Part shown: one piece after another, positions 6,365 through 14,956 of the stretch
How positions within the stretch are numbered: the stretch's first letter is position 1
How the letters are laid out: every line of letters begins with the position of its first letter
From: a virus
Lineage: Duplodnaviria > Caudoviricetes
IMG/VR virus record: IMGVR_UViG_3300020042_006108
Coordinates: 1-32,829 of that record
Length of the DNA: 32,829 nt
Reading direction: 5' to 3' (one strand)
The notes under the pieces: model-generated
Told to the model about the DNA's origin: nothing
The model's input: only the letters and a program-made list of their open reading frames with translations
Databases searched by the model: none
Made by a program: the position numbers and the translations under genes

Positions 6365-6566
6365 GGTAAATATTGTTTATTGATTCGCTAATAATATTGA
6401 TTGCTTGAAATTGTATTGTTTTAATTGTTTGCCGTTCATCTTCATCCATTAAACCCATATCGAGCAAATCAATAGCACCCAAAGCATTATAAGCCGATGC
6501 GATATATTCGCTACTCCTATCTTCGTATTCAATTTCAATTTCATTATCTAAAATTTCTTTTAACAT
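6315..6566 (-). CDS. Acidic hypothetical protein
   Basis: 83-aa ORF overlapping both neighbours. Confidence 0.7.
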   Translation of the reverse strand: MLKEILDNEIEIEYEDRSSEYIASAYNALGAIDLLDMGLMDEDERQTIKTIQFQAINIISESINNIYHEIFDISPSDDNDLVV

Positions 6567-7561
6567 AATTTACCTTTTATTATTGAATAATTTTTTACCG
6601 TATAATCGCCATCGGATGCGATTTGTATGTGAGCAAAGCCGTGCATAGTATTACCCACCAAAGGCGAATAATCAGCTCGTAATTCACAAAGGCATCCAGT
6701 ACTCCAACAACTTATTATTTTGCCGTCTAAATCGGTTTCGGGGTGGTGGCTTGGCCTATGTAGGTGTCCAACAATTAAAGATTGCTTTGCCCTTAAAAAT
6801 GCGCCACGTGATGGATTAACAGGTGTAAACGCACCTTTGAAAATATGGTGTCCGTGTGTGATTGATAATTTACCCGCTTTGACTAAAACTTTATCGTCCA
6901 AAATCTTGACGCCTACGGAATTTAATTGTAATCTTTCCTCTAAAAAAAAGTAGTCGTCGTCCCAAATTTCTCGGACTTTAGAGTATAAAAACTTTTCCCA
7001 ACGAATACAATGATTGCCCTTTAACCAATAAATTATAGCCTTTGGAAATGCTTTACGTAGTTGAACTAAAAACTCTTTTGTCGCGTCAAATTCCTCTTTT
7101 ATGCTTCGTTTTTTTGGATCAGATTCAAACTTCGAAACAGCGTGGCAATCAATTAAATCTCCATTAATAAAAATTGTATTTACTTTTTCTTTTTTGCCAT
7201 AATCCAAAGCTATCGTTATCGCGTCAATATTGTGATAAGGGATATGCAAATCAGATATAAGCAAAATATTATTACAGCATACAGGCAATATAAACGGCTC
7301 GCGTTGTTCTTCATAGGATTCAGGTAAATTATACGGGTTTAAAGGACGTGATTCTTTCATAACACAATCTTTATTTTTTAACCATTTTAAATTTTGTTTT
7401 CCCGATTTTCCCTCAATGTATCTGAGTTTAGTTCTACAAACTTCTACATTGTTAAAAAGCAAATTGTTTTCCGCATACATAATCCTCGCTAGTTTTAGCG
7501 TAGGCATGTCTGGAAACCTTTTGCGATAATCTAACGCGATATTACTTTTGCTCTTTTGCAA
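6560..7561 (-). CDS. Calcineurin-like metallophosphoesterase
   Basis: SDLHIPYH, NGDLID, GNH, THGH and GHLH motifs. Confidence 0.9.
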   Translation of the reverse strand: MQKSKSNIALDYRKRFPDMPTLKLARIMYAENNLLFNNVEVCRTKLRYIEGKSGKQNLKWLKNKDCVMKESRPLNPYNLPESYEEQREPFILPVCCNNILLISDLHIPYHNIDAITIALDYGKKEKVNTIFINGDLIDCHAVSKFESDPKKRSIKEEFDATKEFLVQLRKAFPKAIIYWLKGNHCIRWEKFLYSKVREIWDDDYFFLEERLQLNSVGVKILDDKVLVKAGKLSITHGHHIFKGAFTPVNPSRGAFLRAKQSLIVGHLHRPSHHPETDLDGKIISCWSTGCLCELRADYSPLVGNTMHGFAHIQIASDGDYTVKNYSIIKGKLC

Positions 7562-7766
7562 ATAATTTACCTGTTGAATTAGTAAATAAATTCTTCATGA
7601 TGTAAGCCAAAGCCGATGTAAGCGCCATCGTGCCGATTGCTTTCCAATCAAATACTAAACTTCCAGCTTCAACGGTTTGATAAACAACGGTTATAACAGT
7701 TGTTAAAACCGCCATAATTAACCCCTTTAAAAAGTCGCTTGAATTAAGATTTAAAAATGTACTCAT
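7542..7766 (-). CDS. Putative holin
   Basis: 74 aa, two hydrophobic helices, basic C-terminus, in the lysis region. Confidence 0.65.
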   Translation of the reverse strand: MSTFLNLNSSDFLKGLIMAVLTTVITVVYQTVEAGSLVFDWKAIGTMALTSALAYIMKNLFTNSTGKLFAKEQK

Positions 7767-7918
7767 AATTTTTTTTTTGATTTTTTATAAATAGAATAAA
7801 CGCCACTAATAATTGCAATTAAAGACGCAACAAATGTTAAAACGGGTTGTATATCGGATATTGATACAACTGCACAAATTCCGCTTATTGCCGTTAATGG
7901 TGGGTTGTGTTGATTCAT
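7763..7918 (-). CDS. Second holin/antiholin-like membrane protein (51 aa, not in ORF track)
   Basis: MNQHNPPLTAISGICAVVSISDIQPVLTFVASLIAIISGVYSIYKKSKKKL; coupled by TAATG and ATGA overlaps. Confidence 0.7.
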   Translation of the reverse strand: MNQHNPPLTAISGICAVVSISDIQPVLTFVASLIAIISGVYSIYKKSKKKL

Positions 7919-8103
7919 TAATTGTATTTTAAAAATTGAGCGTTATCAGGTATTTCATCACTTGAAATTTCAAACAAATCCGGGTGCTCTACAATAGATG
8001 GATGTTGATTTAACGGCAACGTCCACCCCGTTGTAATTACAACCGTATAAGCTATTTCATTTGCTTTATTTGTTACGTCTATTTTTTGTCTTATGTGCTC
8101 CAT
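7918..8103 (-). CDS. Small protein after the fibre gene (possible fibre chaperone)
   Basis: 61-aa ORF; function inferred from position only. Confidence 0.6.
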   Translation of the reverse strand: MEHIRQKIDVTNKANEIAYTVVITTGWTLPLNQHPSIVEHPDLFEISSDEIPDNAQFLKYN

Positions 8104-8105
8104 AA

Positions 8106-9467
8106 TTAATTAGTCCAATATTGTAAGGTAACGCCCACTTGACCAGGCGCGATACTACCAAAATTTAATAAAATTTCATATCCATTAGCAGTTGCGTTAT
8201 ATCTTAAAAACCCCCTCGATGCGGCTGATAAAATAGAATTATTTGCCGAACTTGCAAATTGACCATTAACAGGGTACATATTAGCCGATGCTCCTGTTAA
8301 TCCTGTTGGCTGTACGGGTGTGGGTGCGCCACTTGGTAACGTAAGTGTAACAGCTGTTAATGCAGCACCATTTGAAGCATAAACCAAAGCAATATGAAGT
8401 GTAACACATTTGCCCACTTGTGTAAGCCTATAGGAGTGATTTGTAGCGCCTGAAGGCGCGGTTGTGCCTGTCCATGTAATTGTACCATTATAAACGCCTG
8501 ACGTGTCTCTAAATTGCTGAGCCGTTACATTTGCCGTTGCGCTGGTGTTGTTTGCTAAAATAGAATAAGATGAAATAGATTTGTGCTGTAATAGTGTTGT
8601 ATCACTTACATACGTTGTAGCATCAACACTACCATCAGCTTTTAAAAATTGTGATGAAGTGCCTCCATTCTTTACAATTGTAGTTGCGTTAAGTGTTCCA
8701 GTTATTGTTACTGCATTCCCACTACCTGAAGTTTTATTAACTACTAATCCTTCTCCACTACCAGCTTTTGTAATTTCTAAACCATGACCACTTCCCGAAG
8801 TATGATTGATATTAAAAGTGTTTGAACTTCCGTTGCTTGAGAAAGTTGCAGTAGTGCCATTAAGATTACCTGTTAATGTGCCACCTGTTAATGGCAAAAA
8901 ATTACCACCACCACCAACACTATCTTTGATTGCATAAGTAATATTATTCTTTTTATAAAAAATACTATCCTTACCAATAGTTCTGAAAATAGTATCTACA
9001 GCAACACCACTACCACCACTTACCCAAGATGTTAATGGTGCTATTTGACCATTACTATTGTTAATTCCTAATGGTTTGTATGTTGATGTATCAGTTGTAG
9101 AATTTAAACCAAATAAAGTTATTATGCCAGTTGTTGTAAATAGATTTACTTGTTGTGAACTTACTGAAAAGTTTATCATTTCATCATCTTTTCCTTGAAA
9201 TGCAATTCCAGAATCACTTTGAATATTCACATCATCTGTTAAACTTGTAATACCAGATATTTTCCAAAAGTTACCACCGCCACCGCCTACACTATCTTTA
9301 AATTGAAAAACTCTTGTTCCATTTCTATAAGCATAAACACTATCGTTGCTACGTTTTAACGAATCAATTTTTAGGTTAATTCTGTTGCTCAAACTTGTTG
9401 TATCAGCCGAACCGCTTGTTAAAGCCGTCCAAGTTAATGTTTTAGGATTGTAAGTATAAAACCGCAT
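8106..9467 (-). CDS. Tail-fibre-like / adhesin-like protein, C-terminal part (probably one gene with 9442..9672)
   Basis: G/S/T/N-rich, with fibre-type motifs FLPLTGGTLTG and GGTSSQFLKADGSVD and a C-terminal beta domain (YRLTQVGKCVTL). Confidence 0.75.
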   Translation of the reverse strand: MRFYTYNPKTLTWTALTSGSADTTSLSNRINLKIDSLKRSNDSVYAYRNGTRVFQFKDSVGGGGGNFWKISGITSLTDDVNIQSDSGIAFQGKDDEMINFSVSSQQVNLFTTTGIITLFGLNSTTDTSTYKPLGINNSNGQIAPLTSWVSGGSGVAVDTIFRTIGKDSIFYKKNNITYAIKDSVGGGGNFLPLTGGTLTGNLNGTTATFSSNGSSNTFNINHTSGSGHGLEITKAGSGEGLVVNKTSGSGNAVTITGTLNATTIVKNGGTSSQFLKADGSVDATTYVSDTTLLQHKSISSYSILANNTSATANVTAQQFRDTSGVYNGTITWTGTTAPSGATNHSYRLTQVGKCVTLHIALVYASNGAALTAVTLTLPSGAPTPVQPTGLTGASANMYPVNGQFASSANNSILSAASRGFLRYNATANGYEILLNFGSIAPGQVGVTLQYWTN

Positions 9468-9672
9468 TGCAACTATCGTAAGCAATCGCTCCGTTTTTAG
9501 TATATTTTACTACGCTTTTAATTGTAGGTACGCCACAAACCGTTGGGATTTGCAAAGTAGAATCAAAAGCCATGCGATTAGCACGGTAGCCATATTGTCG
9601 CATTTCATGATAAACTTGTGCGCTAACTTTCGCGCTTGCAAACACTAATAAAAATAAAATTAATTTTCTCAT
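9442..9672 (-). CDS. Signal-peptide-bearing N-terminal part of the fibre-like protein (frameshift near 9465)
   Basis: MRKLILFLLVFASAKVSA-Q is a Sec-type signal with V-S-A cleavage site. The downstream ORF is in the +1 frame and overlaps. Confidence 0.65.
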   Translation of the reverse strand: MRKLILFLLVFASAKVSAQVYHEMRQYGYRANRMAFDSTLQIPTVCGVPTIKSVVKYTKNGAIAYDSCNAVLYLQS

Positions 9673-10097
9673 ATTGGGAAATCACAATTGTTAAATTCAG
9701 ATACCGTTGTTAAATTAAATGTTACCGTAACGCCACTCAAATAATCCTCAAACTTTTCACTTATTGCCGTCCAACTTATTGAAGTGTCAATACTTATTTT
9801 TTGGTCTTGTCTCAATGCCATTACAATATCATTTGCCACGCTGTGCATATTGCCTACAACCTCTGTTTCAAATTCGCCCTCAACTCCCGATTTATCAATA
9901 AACCAAAATTGTATTTGGTAAATTAATTCGCGACCTACATTAAAATTTCCCGTGTCCATTACATAGGATGCAACAGGTAACAACGGTTGACTATTCCAAC
10001 CCAACCACTCTACGGGGCTTGCGAACCTGGTCTCTTTGATCATTGGATGGGTTTGCAACAGCGCTTGTATTTTTGTTACTATTTGGTTGTAAGTCAT
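9669..10097 (-). CDS. Probable tail terminator / head-tail joining protein
   Basis: 142 aa, alpha/beta pattern with acidic C-terminal strand, follows the adaptor. Confidence 0.55.
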   Translation of the reverse strand: MTYNQIVTKIQALLQTHPMIKETRFASPVEWLGWNSQPLLPVASYVMDTGNFNVGRELIYQIQFWFIDKSGVEGEFETEVVGNMHSVANDIVMALRQDQKISIDTSISWTAISEKFEDYLSGVTVTFNLTTVSEFNNCDFPI

Positions 10098-10146
10098 TTT
10101 TCTTTTTTACTTTTTCTATAAATTCTAATTTATATCCTTTACTCAT
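9991..10146 (-). CDS. Possible small basic protein (51 aa) overlapping the start of 9669..10097
   Basis: ATG 3 nt after the adaptor stop; MSKGYKLEFIEKVKKK... Confidence 0.3.
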   Translation of the reverse strand: MSKGYKLEFIEKVKKKNDLQPNSNKNTSAVANPSNDQRDQVRKPRRVVGLE

Positions 10147-10149
10147 ATT

Positions 10150-10941
10150 TTATCGGTATAAAAATGTAAATAATTCTCCAGCCATTGCAATATCGCCTGT
10201 TGGTAATCTTACTACGTTGCCGTTTATTTGAATAAATCCGCTATCCGTTGTAGGTGCGTTTGTAATTACTTTGCTCAATCCTGATCGTGTAGCTACTAAA
10301 GTAGTACGCCCGTAAAGGTCATTAACGTTAAATGTAGTTTCATTGCCTACGGCTGTATAATACGCAATTTGTGGCACTGCAAAAGAACTTGACCCATTTA
10401 CCCATCGTGGCGTATTTGGTATGTATTCGCGCCCTAAATAGATTGGTGATGTGTAAGCCTTCGCCTCTGGGAAAATAGTATCAAGTGCGCTACCGTGATT
10501 TAAATACTCATAATACAAAGTATAATTTTCTTGTAGGTATTTTATTAATCGAGTCTTATAAAATTCAGCCATTGATAAATATTTTTGCTCAATTAATTCC
10601 ATATCAGCTCGCGAAGGGGAGTTGCTTTCTTCAGCGGTCTTTTGTAAAAATCCTTTACTAAATAATTGAAACCCCATTATCATTGGAAGCAAAGACATTG
10701 TAAACCAAATCAAAGCATCGGTAACATAAACATCTAGCAAAGTTTTTTCATCATTTGTTAAATTATCCGCTACAACGCCATCCTGTAAACGTTGGTATAA
10801 TTTACTACCGAGCGCGGGTTGAATGTACATATCTCCCGCGACTTTAACCATTGGAAAAATTTGTTTTCCGTCTATGTTATTGCTCGCGCCTGTGCGGTCT
10901 TTAAAAAGTTGTTCGGTTATGAATAAAATGTTTTTGCTCAT
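10150..10941 (-). CDS. Probable head-tail adaptor with C-terminal beta-rich extension
   Basis: Directly after the portal (TAATG coupling at MSKNILFITE); helical N-terminal ~180 aa. Confidence 0.6.
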   Translation of the reverse strand: MSKNILFITEQLFKDRTGASNNIDGKQIFPMVKVAGDMYIQPALGSKLYQRLQDGVVADNLTNDEKTLLDVYVTDALIWFTMSLLPMIMGFQLFSKGFLQKTAEESNSPSRADMELIEQKYLSMAEFYKTRLIKYLQENYTLYYEYLNHGSALDTIFPEAKAYTSPIYLGREYIPNTPRWVNGSSSFAVPQIAYYTAVGNETTFNVNDLYGRTTLVATRSGLSKVITNAPTTDSGFIQINGNVVRLPTGDIAMAGELFTFLYR

Positions 10942-12911
10942 TATTTTGCTACCATTAATTTTGATGACCATTTATGCCTACACGAATAACTGTCCCCATA
11001 CCAACCACCGCGACGCTCCCAAACTGAATAACCCAAACGCTCGCTTAATGTTTCAATATCCGAACGACTCCAAGATTTACCAGCGTTTGACATTTCGCGC
11101 ATCTTTACACAAAATCTTCTACTCGTTACTAAATCGCTATCGTCAAATCCTGTTATCCAATCGTACTTATATCGTATAAATAATTTAGTTGTTTTTGGTT
11201 CGCCACCTAATTCGCTAACAGGTTTTAAAACTTTATACTTTGGCGTTTCATTTATTTTTGATTCGCTAACTGATATTATTTTTTTTTTTACAAAATCAGC
11301 AATTATTTCTTCAACTAAAGCCGTGTCAATTTTTAAAGTTTTACTAATAACGTCTGACGTTATGTTTTTATCCTTTGTAATTAAATCTAAAACGCTCGCT
11401 TGTGTTTGCGTTAAATCTTCAGCAAAATTAATTTTATCAAATCCAACTTCATCATAATCGTAACCCCCGCAACTTTCAAAATATTCAATCATTTTTTCAT
11501 CCTCGCTCATTGAAAATTTTTCTACTTCATCGTCGGTTAATGGGTTATCGTCTAATCCTAAAAAAACATTTACATCGGAATCGCTAAAACCAAAGCCATT
11601 TTTAAGCATTAACCCCGCTTGCTCTTTTGTTAGTTTGCCGTTTGCAAACTGCCTAACTATTCGCATAACGTTTTGATATTGTCGACCGCTTAAATTCTTT
11701 ATAGAATCATTTGAAACAGGTAATTCAACCGCTTGTTGTACGGGTTGCTCTATAACCGCCGTTTCGCCATCCGATGTAACTTGACCAACTTGTAAAGGCT
11801 CGCGCCCCATTAATTCGCGGATTTCATTTTGCGTTAAATTCGCCACCATAATAGCTTCAGTAAACTCAAATTTTAACGGCTCTAATGGTACAATATTAAA
11901 CTCTCCAACCTCGCCTTTTAAGTTTCTAAAATCAGTAAAAACTTGGTTAAATTCTTCTTGTCGTTCTTGAACGTATGTATTATTAAATATTTCGTAAGCA
12001 TCTCTAATTTCAGTACGTCCGCCTAATTGCCCCTCTGTTTTAATTCCAAAAAGTTGTGGGGACGTAATTTGATGGCTCGCGAAAATCTCTTGTTGTATTA
12101 AACTATTAATGTTTGTAAAATCCTCTTTAGTTAGCATTGTATTACCCAAATTTTGGATATCAGCGCTATTCTCTTTGGAACTATTAAACATTATTACAAC
12201 ACGCTTCCCGCTATCGCCTGTAAACTTTTTAAGTAACCCTTTTTCAACTTCGCCTTTGTGTTCTTCATTTGGCTGTCCGTTATTAAGATTTATAAGCGTG
12301 CTTCCTACAAAACCTTGCTTTGCATTCCCTAAAATATGCCTCGATACTTCTATATCCGATTCGATATAATTAAGCCCTTGAAAATAAGAGGGTAACGGAT
12401 AAATTTCGCTCGTTGGGTTATATTCACGCTTGTAATAAATTTGGCTTCCTGTTGGATTCTGTGTAGTAAATTGCGGGTATTCGCGTGGCTTTTCCTTCCA
12501 ATCTAACCAATCGTTTTTTATGTAAAAACAACTTAAATCTTTTGCTACTCTAACTTTACTAAAATCAATATGATAAACCTCGCTTATTTGCCCGATGCGA
12601 TTCCAAATAACTTGTAAATAATAACCTCTAAATAACTCATCGTCTTTAACACATTTCTTTAAAATATCGTTCCACGATTCGCCACGACTATTTGCTACGC
12701 CTTTATTTTCAAACGCTCGTCCGTAGATATACGTGGACTTTCCCTTAACAATTGCCCCGTGTTTTGGCGATTCGTTATAAAGTGAAAGCAAATATTCTGG
12801 ATAATTATTCAGCTCGCCGTATTCCACATAACCTTTATTTTTCTTTTCAGTAAATACAGGTTGCAAAGCGCGGTCAAATTGTAATACGATATGTTTATAC
12901 TGATTATCCAT
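10941..12911 (-). CDS. Portal protein with long C-terminal extension
   Basis: YGELNNYPEYL..LYNESPKHGAIV, YPLPSY, IFASHQITSPQLFGIKTEGQLGGRTE and LTQNEIRELMGREPL. Confidence 0.85.
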   Translation of the reverse strand: MDNQYKHIVLQFDRALQPVFTEKKNKGYVEYGELNNYPEYLLSLYNESPKHGAIVKGKSTYIYGRAFENKGVANSRGESWNDILKKCVKDDELFRGYYLQVIWNRIGQISEVYHIDFSKVRVAKDLSCFYIKNDWLDWKEKPREYPQFTTQNPTGSQIYYKREYNPTSEIYPLPSYFQGLNYIESDIEVSRHILGNAKQGFVGSTLINLNNGQPNEEHKGEVEKGLLKKFTGDSGKRVVIMFNSSKENSADIQNLGNTMLTKEDFTNINSLIQQEIFASHQITSPQLFGIKTEGQLGGRTEIRDAYEIFNNTYVQERQEEFNQVFTDFRNLKGEVGEFNIVPLEPLKFEFTEAIMVANLTQNEIRELMGREPLQVGQVTSDGETAVIEQPVQQAVELPVSNDSIKNLSGRQYQNVMRIVRQFANGKLTKEQAGLMLKNGFGFSDSDVNVFLGLDDNPLTDDEVEKFSMSEDEKMIEYFESCGGYDYDEVGFDKINFAEDLTQTQASVLDLITKDKNITSDVISKTLKIDTALVEEIIADFVKKKIISVSESKINETPKYKVLKPVSELGGEPKTTKLFIRYKYDWITGFDDSDLVTSRRFCVKMREMSNAGKSWSRSDIETLSERLGYSVWERRGGWYGDSYSCRHKWSSKLMVAK

Positions 12912-13275
12912 TGTACGTTACAAAATTATTTGATTGATCGTTATATTCCGTTGGTGCAAATGTTGTTGATGGATGTAAATACATGTAACCGTTTTCAACG
13001 TTATTTAAACCGCTTATATTCGTGTTTGAGCTACTCGCTTGCTCATACACTTGGTAAGTCCAAAAACCTTCTTCAGCGCCATTAAAACGCGTATTAGTAA
13101 CTAAAGAAAATTTATCGTAACGCAAAGTTAATGAAGTATTAGTTGCCACAAATTTAACAACATCTTGCGTAATTCTGTTTGTAAATACAAATAAAAAAAA
13201 GGGATTAGTTAAAACGCAATTTTGCGAAGCATTAAAAAAAACCGTTTGCGTTAATCCTTTTGTTAAATGTATCAT
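12904..13275 (-). CDS. Hypothetical structural protein (possible head closure)
   Basis: 123-aa beta-rich ORF overlapping the portal start. Confidence 0.65.
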   Translation of the reverse strand: MIHLTKGLTQTVFFNASQNCVLTNPFFLFVFTNRITQDVVKFVATNTSLTLRYDKFSLVTNTRFNGAEEGFWTYQVYEQASSSNTNISGLNNVENGYMYLHPSTTFAPTEYNDQSNNFVTYNG

Positions 13276-13307
13276 TTTTGTCAGGTTAAACCTTACGTTT
13301 AAGATAT

Positions 13308-13343
13308 AAAAAAACCCACCGAAACGCTCGGTAACGGTGGGCT
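13308..13343 (-). terminator. Intrinsic terminator after the major tail gene
   Basis: GCCCACCG...CGGTGGGT followed by a T-run on minus. Confidence 0.75.
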
Positions 13344-13364
13344 AGTTTTTCAATGGGTTAAATA

Positions 13365-13904
13365 TTATGTGCCTGGAGTTTCTAATGTAGCCGCTATGTT
13401 TGCTGGTACTATTAAATAATCTTCGGCCTCTTGTGAACTAAATGAAAGTTGGAATCCTGAACGATCGCCCAAAGCCGTACCCGTTCCACCTTCCGACGTA
13501 TCTAAGAATAATCCAAATCCTTGCCCGAACATATTGAACGTGCCATCCATATTTTTAGTTACAAACGTTACACGATTTTTGGCTAAAGTTGTAATTATAT
13601 TTCTAACCGTTGCACTACGTGAGTTGATTGGAAATGAAACCATGTGAGTAAAAAACAAAGTTCCGTTTTCTTGTGATGCAGTAATGTTGTTTGAAGCCAT
13701 TGCCGTAGCTCTTGGAACTTCAAACTTATAGAATTTCTTTCCTGTATCTTTTGTTAATGCTGTAACTGTACCCGAAGCATAGGTAACTCTACTAACTCCA
13801 GACGCATCGTATAGCGCTGAATTTTCAATTAAGTAGATGGCATCTATTCCGCCGATACTATCTCTACAATCTATGGCGTAACCCGCCGTAATTTCACATG
13901 GCAT
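13365..13904 (-). CDS. Probable major tail tube protein
   Basis: 179 aa, beta-rich, MPCEITAG..DCRDSIGGI and GTGTALGDRSGFQLSFSSQE; flanked by terminators. Confidence 0.7.
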   Translation of the reverse strand: MPCEITAGYAIDCRDSIGGIDAIYLIENSALYDASGVSRVTYASGTVTALTKDTGKKFYKFEVPRATAMASNNITASQENGTLFFTHMVSFPINSRSATVRNIITTLAKNRVTFVTKNMDGTFNMFGQGFGLFLDTSEGGTGTALGDRSGFQLSFSSQEAEDYLIVPANIAATLETPGT

Positions 13905-13916
13905 ATTTTAAGTTTT

Positions 13917-13952
13917 AAAAAAAATGGTGGTGTTTATTTCACCACCATTTTT
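13917..13952 (-). terminator. Intrinsic terminator after the major capsid gene
   Basis: Perfect stem AAAATGGTGGTG / CACCACCATTTT with a T-tail. Confidence 0.85.
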
Positions 13953-13968
13953 GTAAGTAATATTGTTA

Positions 13969-14937
13969 TTAGATTCCAGCTTTAAATTTCACCACTTCAT
14001 TCGTAAATGCTACATTGACTCCCACTTTGAAACTTACTTTTGTTCTAATCTCGTCGTTGTCTTCGCTATAAAATACACGGTAGTTACTTTCTTCGTTTTC
14101 AAGATCAACAGCCAAAACCATATTTGATAATGAAATTGCGTAAGCATCACCCGTTCCGTTTAATCCATTTACAGGTACAACCTCGATATTAGTTCCCGGT
14201 AAGATAAATGATTGTGCATTTACGTCCTGTGGATTGTAGCTAAACAAGTTTAATGCTCTGTAAGCTAAGATTAACAAACGATACCAATCATATCCGCAGA
14301 AAATCTTAACATCACCCTTTGCCATAACTTCAGCAGGAATTGCTTTGTAAATTCCTTCGGTTGATGCTATAACGTTTGTTGCAGTTACTGTTGAAATTGG
14401 CGAGCCACTAACACCCGTAAATCCTGAAACGTTAGCATCAATTGGACTTCCTAAATCAATCAATCTAATTAATCCGTCAAACTTATTTAAGTTTGCACCG
14501 CCACTTCCTGTAATATCGCCTTGCCAAATAGATGTTTCGATTTGCGCAGCAATACGTGCGTTTTTCTTTGCTAAATACGCCTCTAAAAATTGAGCGTTAC
14601 CAAAATCAGTATAATTCGACCCCGCTTTTAAAGCTTCTTGCGTAAAAAACGCCTCAAAGTTTTTAGGGCAAATTGTTTCGCTTACCTGAATTTTACCAAC
14701 GGTAACAGTTCTTTGTGTAAAAGTTGTTGTACCGCTTGGAGAATATCCACAGCCATCCGCTTGAAATACAGCGTCTGTATCCATTAAAGGAATTTGAACC
14801 GCTGATTTTGCTTTTGGAATAACGATACCGCCATCCAAAATCATTTGTTGAGTTTTTGCACCTATAACCGCACTCGTTAATAATGGTTCAACAAGTTGTT
14901 TAGTGTATGCTGATAAGGTACTTAATGATAATGCCAT
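13969..14937 (-). CDS. Major capsid protein
   Basis: 322 aa after protease and scaffold; IAAQIETSIWQGD..NKFDGL; followed by a strong terminator. Confidence 0.85.
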   Translation of the reverse strand: MALSLSTLSAYTKQLVEPLLTSAVIGAKTQQMILDGGIVIPKAKSAVQIPLMDTDAVFQADGCGYSPSGTTTFTQRTVTVGKIQVSETICPKNFEAFFTQEALKAGSNYTDFGNAQFLEAYLAKKNARIAAQIETSIWQGDITGSGGANLNKFDGLIRLIDLGSPIDANVSGFTGVSGSPISTVTATNVIASTEGIYKAIPAEVMAKGDVKIFCGYDWYRLLILAYRALNLFSYNPQDVNAQSFILPGTNIEVVPVNGLNGTGDAYAISLSNMVLAVDLENEESNYRVFYSEDNDEIRTKVSFKVGVNVAFTNEVVKFKAGI

Positions 14938-14956
14938 TTTATTTTAATTTAAATTT

